A stretch of 36,665 nucleotides of DNA from Candidatus Nomurabacteria bacterium (GTDB lineage Bacteria; Patescibacteriota; Minisyncoccia; Phycocordibacterales; UBA9973). Position 1 is the stretch's first letter, and every line of letters begins with the position of its first letter. Position numbers and translations under genes: made by a program. The notes below the pieces were generated by a model. The model was not told the origin of the DNA. It ran no database searches and worked only from the letters and a program-made list of their open reading frames with translations. Shown piece after piece: positions 1-7,961 of the stretch. The stretch is from positions 1-36,665 of the forward strand of contig CALRFC010000001.1 in the NCBI GenBank assembly GCA_943356395.1. The letters run 5' to 3'.

Positions 1-92
1 AAATCGCAGAGATCCGCGGAGAGGATCCGGAAATCGTCCGAGAGACACTACTCCGGAATGCCAACCGCGTCTTCCGGATCCCGCTTGAGTAA
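1..92 (+). CDS. 3' end of an upstream gene (partial). The C-terminal peptide IAEIRGEDPEIVRETLLRNANRVFRIPLE resembles TatD-family hydrolase C-termini.
   Basis: Open frame from the window edge (phase of nt 3) to TAA at 90-92. Family resemblance is by eye only. Confidence 0.4.
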   Translation, partial: IAEIRGEDPEIVRETLLRNANRVFRIPLE

Positions 93-191
93 AAAATGCC
101 CGTATGTTATAGTCTCGGTACTTCTCGTTCGGTGCGGATCCGTCCGCATCGCCTCGGTCCATAGCGAGAAGCCATTATTTTATTATTGGAC

Positions 192-215
192 CGCGCCTTA
201 AGGCGCGTTTTATTT
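192..215 (+). terminator. Intrinsic terminator downstream of the partial upstream gene
   Basis: CGCGCC-TTAA-GGCGCG hairpin (192-207) followed by TTTTATTT. Confidence 0.6.
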
Positions 216-251
216 ATTAGATAAACATACCAATATACGAATAATACAAAT

Positions 252-315
252 CATACGAATGAATACGAATTATTCGTAGCCATTCGCAGATTCGTTACAT
301 TCGTTGATTCGTATG
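252..315. repeat. ACGAA/TTCGT 'word' hairpin immediately upstream of rpsF
   Basis: CATACGAAT (252-260) is the reverse complement of ATTCGTATG (307-315). The interior is built of TACGAA/TTCGT words, including the palindrome TACGAAT-T-ATTCGTA (264-278). Confidence 0.6.
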
Positions 316-325
316 TACTTGTACC

Positions 326-778
326 ATGGAAGACACAAAAGACACTCGCATTTATGAGCTCGGCTTCCTCATGGCGCCGACCATAGGAGAGGAGCACTTG
401 CCGGCGGAAGTCACCGCGCTCAAGGACATCGTTTCCGCGAAAGGCGGCGTGACGATCGCGGAAGAATTTCCGCGTTTCATCGAGCTTGCGTATCGGATGG
501 ATCGCACCATCGCGAACCGCAAGGAAAAATTCACGCATGCATACTTCGGCTGGATGAAGTTCGAAATGAGTCCGGAGAATGCCGACGCTCTCGGCAAAGA
601 GCTTGCCGACAACGACAAGCTTGTCCGCTACACGCTCTTTAAGACCGTGCGCGAAAATACGATCGCTTCGAAGCGTCCGATCCGCGAATCGCGGAAGAGA
701 GTGGCCTCCGACGAGCCGAAAGTTGAGATGAACAAAGAAGAGGTTGATAAGGAGATTGATGCGTTGGTAGCGGAATAG
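326..778 (+). CDS. rpsF: 30S ribosomal protein S6
   Basis: 150-aa ORF with an S6-like N-terminal domain (YELGFLM..., FGWMKFE), an acidic/basic tail, and the conserved rpsF-ssb-rpsR context. Confidence 0.88.
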   Translation: MEDTKDTRIYELGFLMAPTIGEEHLPAEVTALKDIVSAKGGVTIAEEFPRFIELAYRMDRTIANRKEKFTHAYFGWMKFEMSPENADALGKELADNDKLVRYTLFKTVRENTIASKRPIRESRKRVASDEPKVEMNKEEVDKEIDALVAE

Positions 779-869
779 GGTAGGAAAATAAAAGATAAAA
801 GATTGGACGGGGCATGATGTAGAAATAAAATTTCTTACCCCAGAACCAAATTTTTTCATCTTTATGAAA

Positions 870-878
870 TGGTATAAT
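870..878 (+). promoter_or_regulatory. Extended -10 element (TGG-TATAAT) upstream of ssb
   Basis: TGGTATAAT at 870-878, about 66 nt before the ssb ATG. A hairpin AAGTAAGA-ATA-TCTTACTT (917-935) lies in the putative leader. Confidence 0.4.
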
Positions 879-944
879 CGAATTATAAAGGTCCGAAACA
901 TTAATTACGAGTAAAAAAGTAAGAATATCTTACTTTAAAGATAT

Positions 945-1415
945 ATGTACCTAAACAAAGTCATGCTCATCGGCAATCTGACGCGCGATCCGGAATTGCG
1001 GTCTCTGCCGAACGGCACAAAAGTAACGAGTTTTTCACTGGCGACGAATCGCACATGGAAGGGCGCGGATGGCAATCGCCAAGAAGCGGTTGAATTCCAC
1101 AACGCCGTCGCGTTCGCAAAGCCGGCCGAACTCATCGCGCAGTATTGCAAGAAAGGAAGCTCGCTCTACATCGACGGACGGCTCCAGACGCGAAGCTGGG
1201 ACGACAAGACGACCGGCGAGAAAAAGTATCGCACCGAGATCGTCGTCGAGAATTTCCAGTTCGGCCCGCGTCCGCAAGGCGCAGGTCCCTCGACCGGAGT
1301 CTATCGCAATGACGCTCCTGCCACAGGCAAATCCGCTCCGACAGAATCAACCGGCGAGATCGATACGATCGAATATCCTGCGGAGAATGTGAATGCGGAA
1401 GATATACCGTTCTAG
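945..1415 (+). CDS. ssb: Single-stranded DNA-binding protein
   Basis: OB-fold N-terminus (NKVMLIGNLTRDPELR...), Gly/Pro-rich linker and the canonical acidic C-terminal tip ...EDIPF. Confidence 0.95.
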   Translation: MYLNKVMLIGNLTRDPELRSLPNGTKVTSFSLATNRTWKGADGNRQEAVEFHNAVAFAKPAELIAQYCKKGSSLYIDGRLQTRSWDDKTTGEKKYRTEIVVENFQFGPRPQGAGPSTGVYRNDAPATGKSAPTESTGEIDTIEYPAENVNAEDIPF

Positions 1416-1876
1416 TGAAAAGCGAACAGCGGGAAGTGAACAGGGAAATATAAATTACGAAAGCTGAAAAGCGAACACAAAATAACGAGAAACTATGAAT
1501 AACATCGTTTCGTTTAAAGACCTGATAGTCTGGCAAAAATCAATGGATCTTGCAGATGAGTCTTATAAGATAGCGAAGAAACTCCCTCCTTCAGAATTGT
1601 ATGGTCTTGCTTCTCAAATCAGACGCAGTGCCATATCTGTTCCAAGCAACATAGCCGAGGGGCATAAGCGTGGGACAAAAGATTTTTCTCGTTTTCTTAA
1701 AATTGCTTTCGGTTCTTCTGCTGAATTGGAAACTCAACTCCTTCTTGTTGCTCGCACATACCCGACGATTTCCGTAGAGAAAGCTCTTTCTTTGGTGATT
1801 GAAGTCGAAAAAATATTATCAACCATTATAAAAAAGCTGGAAAGCAAATAATCACTGTTCGCTTTCCGCTTCTTAC
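1416..1876. mobile_element. Inverted-repeat-bounded cassette carrying the four-helix-bundle ORF, inserted between ssb and rpsR
   Basis: AAAGCGAACAG (1419-1429) is the reverse complement of CTGTTCGCTTT (1855-1865). TGAAAAGCGAACA occurs twice in direct orientation (1416-1428, 1465-1477). ssb and rpsR are normally adjacent. Confidence 0.5.
1495..1851 (+). CDS. Four-helix-bundle protein (23S rRNA intervening-sequence protein / Avd-like family)
   Basis: 118 aa carrying the family signature: FKDLIVWQKSMDLADESY, LASQIRRSAISVPSNIAEG, GSSAELETQLLL. Confidence 0.9.
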   Translation: MNNIVSFKDLIVWQKSMDLADESYKIAKKLPPSELYGLASQIRRSAISVPSNIAEGHKRGTKDFSRFLKIAFGSSAELETQLLLVARTYPTISVEKALSLVIEVEKILSTIIKKLESK

Positions 1877-1889
1877 TTTACACTAGTAT

Positions 1890-2090
1890 ATGATTCAAGA
1901 TTTCTTCAGTTCAAACAATATCAAGCATATCGATTACAAAGACCTCGATATCCTTCGCAAGTTCATCAACCCGAACGGCCGGATCATTTCAGGGAAGCGC
2001 GGCGGGCTGACCGCGAAGAACCAGCGCGCTCTCGCGTCTGCTATTAAAAGAGCGAGATTCATGGGATTGTTGCCGTATGTGGCGAAGTAA
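1890..2090 (+). CDS. rpsR: 30S ribosomal protein S18
   Basis: 66 aa with IDYKDLDILRKFINPNGRI..., RALASAIKRARFMGLLPY. Confidence 0.9.
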   Translation: MIQDFFSSNNIKHIDYKDLDILRKFINPNGRIISGKRGGLTAKNQRALASAIKRARFMGLLPYVAK

Positions 2091-2104
2091 ACAGCTACTA
2101 GCGC

Positions 2105-2177
2105 CTAGCTTCTAGCAACTAGCCATAATCCAACACAAAAAAATACCCGATAGGGGTATTTTTTTGCTAGAAGCTAG
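2105..2177. repeat. TAGC-word inverted repeat enclosing the rpsR/efp terminator
   Basis: CTAGCTTCTAGC (2105-2116) is the perfect reverse complement of GCTAGAAGCTAG (2166-2177). Flanking sequence is made of CTAGC/AGCTA words. Confidence 0.65.
2135..2166. terminator. Bidirectional intrinsic terminator between convergent rpsR and efp
   Basis: A-run, then ATACCC-GATAG-GGGTAT, then T-run. Confidence 0.75.
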
Positions 2178-2201
2178 ACGCTTATCAGCTAGACGCTGTT
2201 C

Positions 2202-2774
2202 CTACGCTCTCTCCGCATACTCTCCCGTTTCTGTGTTTACGATCACCTTGTCGCCGGTTTCCACGAAGAACGGCGTGCTGATTGTCGTTCCGTTTTCGAG
2301 CGTAACAATCTTGCCTCCGCCGTTTGCTGTGTTGCCTTTGATCGAAGGCGGCGCATCTTTGACGGTGAAGGCGACTTTGATCGGGAGCTTCACATTGATC
2401 GTGATTTCTTCGCCGTCGTTGTCCCAAACGAGGGCGGTGACGATTTCGTTTGGCTTCAGGAATTTCACCGCGTCTCCGATCAATTTCTCGTCGAGCATGA
2501 ATCTCTTTGCCGGATCTTTTGGATCACAAAACCAATACTCTCCTTTATTTGCATAAAGAAATTTCGTCTCACGCTTCTCGAGATCGGGCTCATCGGCCGA
2601 ATCAGTAGTACGGAAGGTTTCGTTGTATGTACGACCACTAACCAAGCTCTTCAATTTCACCTGATTCTGCGGCTTTCTCTGCTGGGTGCGCGCGACATGA
2701 TTCTCCAAAACGACGCACGGTTCGTCGTTGTAGATTATTATTTTCCCCCCTTTGATTTCGTTATACTCTAACAT
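2202..2774 (-). CDS. efp: Translation elongation factor P
   Basis: 190 aa with an EF-P three-domain pattern and C-terminal ...VNTETGEYAERA. The loop sequence is atypical (see findings). Confidence 0.93.
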   Translation of the reverse strand: MLEYNEIKGGKIIIYNDEPCVVLENHVARTQQRKPQNQVKLKSLVSGRTYNETFRTTDSADEPDLEKRETKFLYANKGEYWFCDPKDPAKRFMLDEKLIGDAVKFLKPNEIVTALVWDNDGEEITINVKLPIKVAFTVKDAPPSIKGNTANGGGKIVTLENGTTISTPFFVETGDKVIVNTETGEYAERA

Positions 2775-2833
2775 CGGTTGATTAAAGCTTATGGATAAAA
2801 TTTAAACGATTAGTTGCTTGTTCTCACATCTCG

Positions 2834-2882
2834 CCCCGTATGAAGTATCGTGTGCATTCGACACGATACTTTCATATCGGGG
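2834..2882. repeat. Long imperfect hairpin between recA and efp
   Basis: CCCCGTATGAAGTATCGTGT (2834-2853) pairs with ACACGATACTTTCATATCGGGG (2861-2882). About 20 bp with two single-nt bulges and no flanking U-run. Confidence 0.55.
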
Positions 2883-2907
2883 TCGTTATACTCAAGCATA
2901 AAAAAAT

Positions 2908-2941
2908 AGCTGTTAGCTTCCAGCTTTTAGCTGCTAGCTTT
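2908..2941. repeat. AGCT-word repeat family, partial copy
   Basis: AGCTGTTAGCTTCCAGCTTTTAGCTGCTAGCTTT shares the GCTGTTAGCTT and AGCTTCCAGCTT words with copies at 6851-6924, 7873-7961 and 29872-29932. Confidence 0.6.
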
Positions 2942-3020
2942 AAATACTAAGACAGGGAAACTATAGCCTAAAGAGCGGCTTTTTTCAAGCTGTTCTTGAG
3001 TGGCCTTCTTGTAGTGTGCG

Positions 3021-4076
3021 TCACTCCCCAGAGGAGGCAACCTGTATCTCTCCGAACCGTGCGCGAATTTCTTTTTCGAAATCTTTCAAGACTTTCGGAT
3101 TTTCGCGGAGCCACATGCGGGTAGCGTCATAGCCGCGTCCCATCGGAGTCTTTTCACCCTCTTTATTCTTGTACGAATACGACGCGCCGGATTTCTCGAT
3201 GATGCCGAGCTTCTCGCCCAAGGCCATCATTTCGCCTTCGCGGGAAATGCCTTCGCCGTAGATGATGTCGAATTCCGTTTGCTTGAAAGGCGCGGCGACT
3301 TTGTTCTTCACCACTTTCACGCGTGTCCTGCCGCCTACGACTTCTTCACCCTTTTTGATCTGCGCGATGCGGCGGATATCGAGACGGACCGAGGTGTAGA
3401 ATTTGAGCGCTTTTCCGCCCGGCGTGGTTTCCGGATTGCCGAACATGACGCCGATCTGCATGCGGATCTGGTTTATGAAAATCACGACGGTCTTCGAGCG
3501 GGCGACGATCGCGGTCAGTTTGCGGAGGGCCTGTGACATCAAGCGGGCTTGTTTGCCGACATGCGATTGGCCCATGTCGCCCTCGATCTCGTCTTTCGGC
3601 GTGAGCGCGGCGACGGAGTCGATGACGATAACATCGATCTTGCCGGAACGCACGAGTGACTCGCAGATTTCGAGGCCTTGCTCGCCGGTGTCAGGTTGGG
3701 AGATCAGAAGCTCGTTTATATTCACGCCAAGGTTTTTCGTGTAGACGGGGTCCATGGCATGCTCGGCATCGATGAATGCGCAGACGCCGCCTTTTTTCTG
3801 GGCTTCGGCGACGATGTGGAGCGAAAGCGTCGTCTTGCCGGAGGATTCCGGCCCGAAGATCTCGATGATGCGGCCGCGGGGGATGCCGCCGACGCCGAGT
3901 GCCATATCGAGACCGAGAGAGCCGGTCGGGATGACATCAATGTCGACTTTCGGACTGTCGCCGAATTTCATGATTGCACCTTCGCCGAACTTCGTCTGGA
4001 TGGAACGGATCGTGTCCTCAATCTCCGCGCCCATCTGCTTCTTTTCCTTTTCCGGTTTTTTTCCAAATCTTGGCAT
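3021..4076 (-). CDS. recA: Recombinase RecA
   Basis: 351 aa with Walker [10 protein letters not shown] and RecA signatures [31 protein letters not shown] and [22 protein letters not shown]. Confidence 0.97.
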   Translation of the reverse strand: MPRFGKKPEKEKKQMGAEIEDTIRSIQTKFGEGAIMKFGDSPKVDIDVIPTGSLGLDMALGVGGIPRGRIIEIFGPESSGKTTLSLHIVAEAQKKGGVCAFIDAEHAMDPVYTKNLGVNINELLISQPDTGEQGLEICESLVRSGKIDVIVIDSVAALTPKDEIEGDMGQSHVGKQARLMSQALRKLTAIVARSKTVVIFINQIRMQIGVMFGNPETTPGGKALKFYTSVRLDIRRIAQIKKGEEVVGGRTRVKVVKNKVAAPFKQTEFDIIYGEGISREGEMMALGEKLGIIEKSGASYSYKNKEGEKTPMGRGYDATRMWLRENPKVLKDFEKEIRARFGEIQVASSGE

Positions 4077-4114
4077 ATATAAAAATTATGAACTAATAAA
4101 TAAAAAAATAATAA

Positions 4115-4495
4115 TCAGAGCCGCGTTAAGACCGATGTGTTTGGCGGAACATAAAGGACTCGCATGCGCTTTTCGTCTTCTTTGCCGAATTTATCTCTGG
4201 CTATGATTGTAACCACCGAATAGCCGCTTTGCAACATGATCGTATCCTGGAACGATCCCTTAATGTCGATCGGCACGCTCATGCCATTTATGGATAGTGT
4301 CGTGGCGTGGAGCGCCGATCCGGAGAGCGCGAGAACGGGGGAAGCGTAGCTTCCGCCGTCGACGATTCCGGAAACGGAAACTTTCACGCCGAAAATGACT
4401 TCATGCGCACGGAAGAACGCGTACGAAAAAAGTATCACGCCGAAAACCGCCGCGATCCCGATCCTTATTTTCTGCCTGTTTGATTTTGGGGTCAT
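4115..4495 (-). CDS. Small membrane-anchored hypothetical protein
   Basis: 126 aa with one N-terminal TM helix (IGIAAVFGVILFSYAFF) and a beta-rich remainder. Co-oriented downstream of ftsK. Confidence 0.6.
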   Translation of the reverse strand: MTPKSNRQKIRIGIAAVFGVILFSYAFFRAHEVIFGVKVSVSGIVDGGSYASPVLALSGSALHATTLSINGMSVPIDIKGSFQDTIMLQSGYSVVTIIARDKFGKEDEKRMRVLYVPPNTSVLTRL

Positions 4496-4574
4496 TTGGT
4501 TTAAGTCTAGCGCTTACCCCGATGCAAATATACCAATGGAATACTAATGCAACCAATATTAATTACAAATTTAA

Positions 4575-4643
4575 AATTTCAAGTTACAAATCAATGACAA
4601 ATTTATAATTATTTAATTAAGAATTGATTTGAAATTTGAAATT
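4575..4643. repeat. AT-rich 'CAAAT/ATTTG' word hairpin overlapping the ftsK stop codon
   Basis: AATTTCAAGTTACAAATCAAT (4575-4595) versus the reverse complement of 4623-4643 (AATTTCAAATTTCAAATCAAT): 19 of 21 positions match. Confidence 0.6.
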
Positions 4644-6801
4644 ATTGGTACTCTGCCCGTTCCGTCTCCACGCTCTTTTCCAAAACTTCCCGCGGCTTTG
4701 CGCCGTTGCCGGGGCCGACGATGCCGCGCTCTTCCAGTATATCAATTAGCCGCGCCGCCCGCGCGTAGCCAACGCCCAACTTGCGCTGGAGGAATGAAGT
4801 GGATGCCTTGCCGGTCTCGATCACGATCTGCCGAGCTTCTTCGTAGAGATCATCATCGTCTCCGCCGTCATCACCGCCGATCGTCGTCGAGAAAATGCTG
4901 TTTAAGGGCGCGAGAGCTCCGGTCAGGTTCAATTCACTGGGCACTTCGTCGCGGAAGGCGTCCACCAGATATTTTACCACTTTTTTGACTTCTTCCTCGG
5001 AAATGAACGCGCTCTGCAATCGCTCCGGCTGGCCCTCGCCCGAGGCATAGAGCATGTCGCCCGAGCCCAAAAGCTTTTCCGCACCGCCCGCGTCCAAAAT
5101 CGTCCGCGAATCTATCTGGGTCGGCACGCGGAGCGCAACGCGGGTGGGGACATTCGCTTTGATGAGTCCGGTGATGACATTCACTTCCGGACGCTGGGTC
5201 GAAAGAATGAGGTGGATGCCGACCGCGCGCGACATCTGGGCGAGGCGAACAATCGCGCTCTCAAGCTCGCGCGGATAGGTCGACATAATGTCGGCGAGCT
5301 CGTCGATGATGATGACCATGTACGGCATCCGGTCGGTTTCCGCGTCCTGTTTTCCTTTGCCGTAGACGGTCTTGTGATACGACTGGATGTCACGCACGGA
5401 GCTTCCTTGCAAAATATCATATCTGCGCTCCATTTCTTTTGCCGCCCACTTGAGCGCCAAGATGCATTTCTTCGCGTCGGTGATGACGGGCGTGAGGAGA
5501 TGGGGGATGTTGTTGTAGAGCGTGAGTTCGACGCGCTTCGGATCGACCATGATGAATTTCAGGTCTTCCGGAGAATTCTTGTAGAGGAGCGATGTGATGA
5601 TGGCGTGAATGGCGACGGATTTTCCGGAGCCGGTCGTGCCGGCGATGAGCATGTGCGGCGCGCGCGCAAGATTCCGGAAGATCGATCTGCCCGGAACATT
5701 CTTGCCGATGGCGATCAGAAGCGGTTCCGCACTTGTCGCAAAATCAGGTTCGGATAGGAGCGAACCCAAGCCGACGGTCGATTTCGTCTTGTTCGGAATC
5801 TCGATGCCGACGAGCGACTTGCCCGGAATCGGCGCCTCGATGCGGATCGGATGCGCGGCGAGCGACAACGCGAGGTCGTTCTGGAGTCCGACGATGCGCG
5901 AGAGCTTCACGCCTTGTGCGGGCTTGAGCGCGTAGCGCGTGACGGTTGGTCCGATCGTGATCTCGTCCATCTCGACTTGGATGCCGAAATTCTCGAGCGT
6001 GCGCTTGATGATGTTCGAATTGGCTTTTATGTCGCCGGTGTTCGGCTTGCCGTGGTCGCGTTCGAGGAGTGAAAGCGGGGGAGGGGTGTACGGCCCGCGG
6101 CGGATCGGAACAATCTTTTTTGCCGGCTCGACGGGAAATTCCGCGTCATCGGCGGGCGTTTCTGATTCGGTTGCGTCGCTCTCGGTCTCTTCCTCATTAT
6201 TTTCATCCGCAGTTTCGATTGGCGGCACATCGCTCGGAATTTCTTCATCGTAATCATCCGCACCACCCTTGCGCGAGAAAATGGATTTCAGACTCTGCCA
6301 CATGGATTCGAAATCCGGCTTCTCATCAAGAAGGACAAAGAGAGAAACGAGAAGCAACGCTCCGAGAAAGATGATTCCGATGTAGGTGTCGAAAAGCGTC
6401 AGAAACGGCCACGCCGAAACTTGTCCGAGAAATCCGCTCGCGTGGCTCGCGCCGCTCGCGAGGTCTATCATGCCCAATACCGAAACGACAAAGAGGATCC
6501 CGCCCGCGATCTGCAGTTTGGACACGCTTTTCGATTCGCCGCGCATGAGTCCGATTCCGAGCGCGACCAAAACGATCGGAAGGAGAATATATCCGAGCCC
6601 GAGCAGTTTTACGGCGAATGTGTGGAGGAATTTTCCTGCCAATCCGCCGCCGCCGAAAATCGCGACAACGAAGAAAAGGGCCAAAACAAAAAGGAGGACG
6701 CCGGTTATCATTCTTCGGGTCTCTCGTTTCAATCCTATCGGTTTGTAATCAGAAGAATCTTCTTTTGAAGTTTTTTTCTTTCCGTCCTTTTTTTGCGCCA
6801 T
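4642..6801 (-). CDS. ftsK: DNA translocase FtsK/SpoIIIE
   Basis: N-terminal TM helices, acidic linker, motor domain with Walker A GTTGSGKS and IIDELAD, and a C-terminal gamma wHTH. Start is set at ATG 6801 (MAQKKDGKK) because the longer track ORF runs into the repeat hairpin. Confidence 0.93.
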   Translation of the reverse strand: MAQKKDGKKKTSKEDSSDYKPIGLKRETRRMITGVLLFVLALFFVVAIFGGGGLAGKFLHTFAVKLLGLGYILLPIVLVALGIGLMRGESKSVSKLQIAGGILFVVSVLGMIDLASGASHASGFLGQVSAWPFLTLFDTYIGIIFLGALLLVSLFVLLDEKPDFESMWQSLKSIFSRKGGADDYDEEIPSDVPPIETADENNEEETESDATESETPADDAEFPVEPAKKIVPIRRGPYTPPPLSLLERDHGKPNTGDIKANSNIIKRTLENFGIQVEMDEITIGPTVTRYALKPAQGVKLSRIVGLQNDLALSLAAHPIRIEAPIPGKSLVGIEIPNKTKSTVGLGSLLSEPDFATSAEPLLIAIGKNVPGRSIFRNLARAPHMLIAGTTGSGKSVAIHAIITSLLYKNSPEDLKFIMVDPKRVELTLYNNIPHLLTPVITDAKKCILALKWAAKEMERRYDILQGSSVRDIQSYHKTVYGKGKQDAETDRMPYMVIIIDELADIMSTYPRELESAIVRLAQMSRAVGIHLILSTQRPEVNVITGLIKANVPTRVALRVPTQIDSRTILDAGGAEKLLGSGDMLYASGEGQPERLQSAFISEEEVKKVVKYLVDAFRDEVPSELNLTGALAPLNSIFSTTIGGDDGGDDDDLYEEARQIVIETGKASTSFLQRKLGVGYARAARLIDILEERGIVGPGNGAKPREVLEKSVETERAEYQ

Positions 6802-6850
6802 GGAGACATTATAGAGGAGCGAAGGGAAAAGAGAAAGGAGAAAAATCCAT

Positions 6851-6924
6851 GCTTTCAGCTTCTTGCTTTTTGCTGTTAGCTTTTGAATTAAAAGCTGAAA
6901 GCTGGCAGCAAAAAGCAAGAAGCT
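6851..6924. repeat. AGCT-word repeat family, hairpin copy in the ftsK / wHTH divergent intergenic region
   Basis: AGCTTCTTGCTTTTTGCTG (6857-6875) is the perfect reverse complement of CAGCAAAAAGCAAGAAGCT (6905-6923). AGCTTTT (6878-6884) pairs with AAAAGCT (6890-6896). Confidence 0.75.
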
Positions 6925-6934
6925 TGTATTTTGC

Positions 6935-6962
6935 TTGCCAACGCAGACAAGAGGTATATAAT
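6935..6962 (+). promoter_or_regulatory. Sigma-70-type promoter for the wHTH gene
   Basis: TTGCCA (6935-6940), 16 nt spacer, TATAAT (6957-6962). Confidence 0.5.
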
Positions 6963-6998
6963 GCGCTTATTAAGGACATCGTAAAGTCTCTTTGGATT

Positions 6999-7829
6999 AT
7001 GGAAAAAGACACAAATCTTAATAAGGACGCAATTTTGTCGAAGCATGAATCAAAAGGACATGCTGTTGTTAATAATGAAAATAAACCTTCTCTTATAAGT
7101 ACAAAAGAAAAGGACATTTTTGTTTCTAGGACAGAAAAGCTCATCACTGCTCTTTTCATGGTCACGGACTGTATGGATGATTCGGAGCCGATGAAGTCCA
7201 AGATGCGCTCTTCCGGACTGTCCGTTTTGTCCGATACGCACCATCAGGCGCATCACGGCGTCATCCGGACATACATGCGTTTCGGATCAATGATAATCAG
7301 CATACACGAGCTCATTTCTTGCCTTACCGTCGCCGAATGCGTTGGCCTTATAAGCTCCATGAATAGCTCGATTTTGAAAAGAGAATTGGGCAGATTGAAA
7401 GATTTTTGCGAAGAGACGATGAAGCCGATACAGAGCTCGCTCCTGCCTGTAGGCATTTTCAAATCGGAACCGGTCGAGAGGGTCGTATTCGGTGACGATT
7501 TTTTTATGGAAAAAGAAAATTCTCCTTTAAAGGACAATAATTTTTCTAAAGGACATAAAGATTTAAATCAAAAAGACATAAGTCTTTTACAGAATAAACA
7601 AAAGGACATGTTTGTACAAAAAAAAGCGGATATTGCTTTAAAGCACGAGCGAAGAAACGCTATTTTATCTATAATTAAAAACAAGGAATTTGTCACAATA
7701 AAAGACATACTTGAAGTCATAAAGGACTGTGGTGGAAAAACGATCCAGCGAGAACTTTCACAACTTGTCTCTGAAAACATACTCAAAAAGACAGGAGATA
7801 AGAGGTGGTCTAGATACTCAATAAGATAG
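6999..7829 (+). CDS. Hypothetical protein with a C-terminal winged-helix DNA-binding domain
   Basis: 276 aa from ATG 6999. The upstream part of the track ORF overlaps ftsK and the repeat. The C-terminus RRNAILSIIKNKEFVTIKDILEVIKDCGGKTIQRELSQLVSENILKKTGDKRWSRYSI looks like a DeoR/MarR-type wHTH. Confidence 0.7.
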   Translation: MEKDTNLNKDAILSKHESKGHAVVNNENKPSLISTKEKDIFVSRTEKLITALFMVTDCMDDSEPMKSKMRSSGLSVLSDTHHQAHHGVIRTYMRFGSMIISIHELISCLTVAECVGLISSMNSSILKRELGRLKDFCEETMKPIQSSLLPVGIFKSEPVERVVFGDDFFMEKENSPLKDNNFSKGHKDLNQKDISLLQNKQKDMFVQKKADIALKHERRNAILSIIKNKEFVTIKDILEVIKDCGGKTIQRELSQLVSENILKKTGDKRWSRYSIR

Positions 7830-7872
7830 GGAATGGGTTAGAGGGGATAGGGAATAGTGAGACGCAGAATAC

Positions 7873-7961
7873 AAGCAAGCTTTTTGCTGTTTGCTTTCAG
7901 CTTCCAGCTTCTGAATTCGAATTCAAAAGCTAACAGCAGAAAGCTAAAAGCTGGAAGCTTG
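7873..7961. repeat. AGCT-word repeat family, copy downstream of the wHTH gene (probable terminator)
   Basis: Central palindrome GAATTCGAATTC (7913-7924). AGCTTCCAGCTT (7899-7910) is the reverse complement of AAGCTGGAAGCT (7948-7959). Followed by GTTTTTG. Confidence 0.7.

Noticed and set aside
251-901. 216-aa minus-strand ORF overlapping rpsF
   Set aside because: It lies antisense to a confidently identified S6 gene and runs through intergenic repeats. The sequence is low-complexity with no recognisable motifs.
6618-6998. N-terminal extension of the 6618-7829 ORF
   Set aside because: It overlaps the ftsK 5' end on the opposite strand and the AGCT-repeat hairpin. The translated sequence is Arg/Lys junk. 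A good promoter (6935-6962) lies inside it, so the start was moved to 6999.
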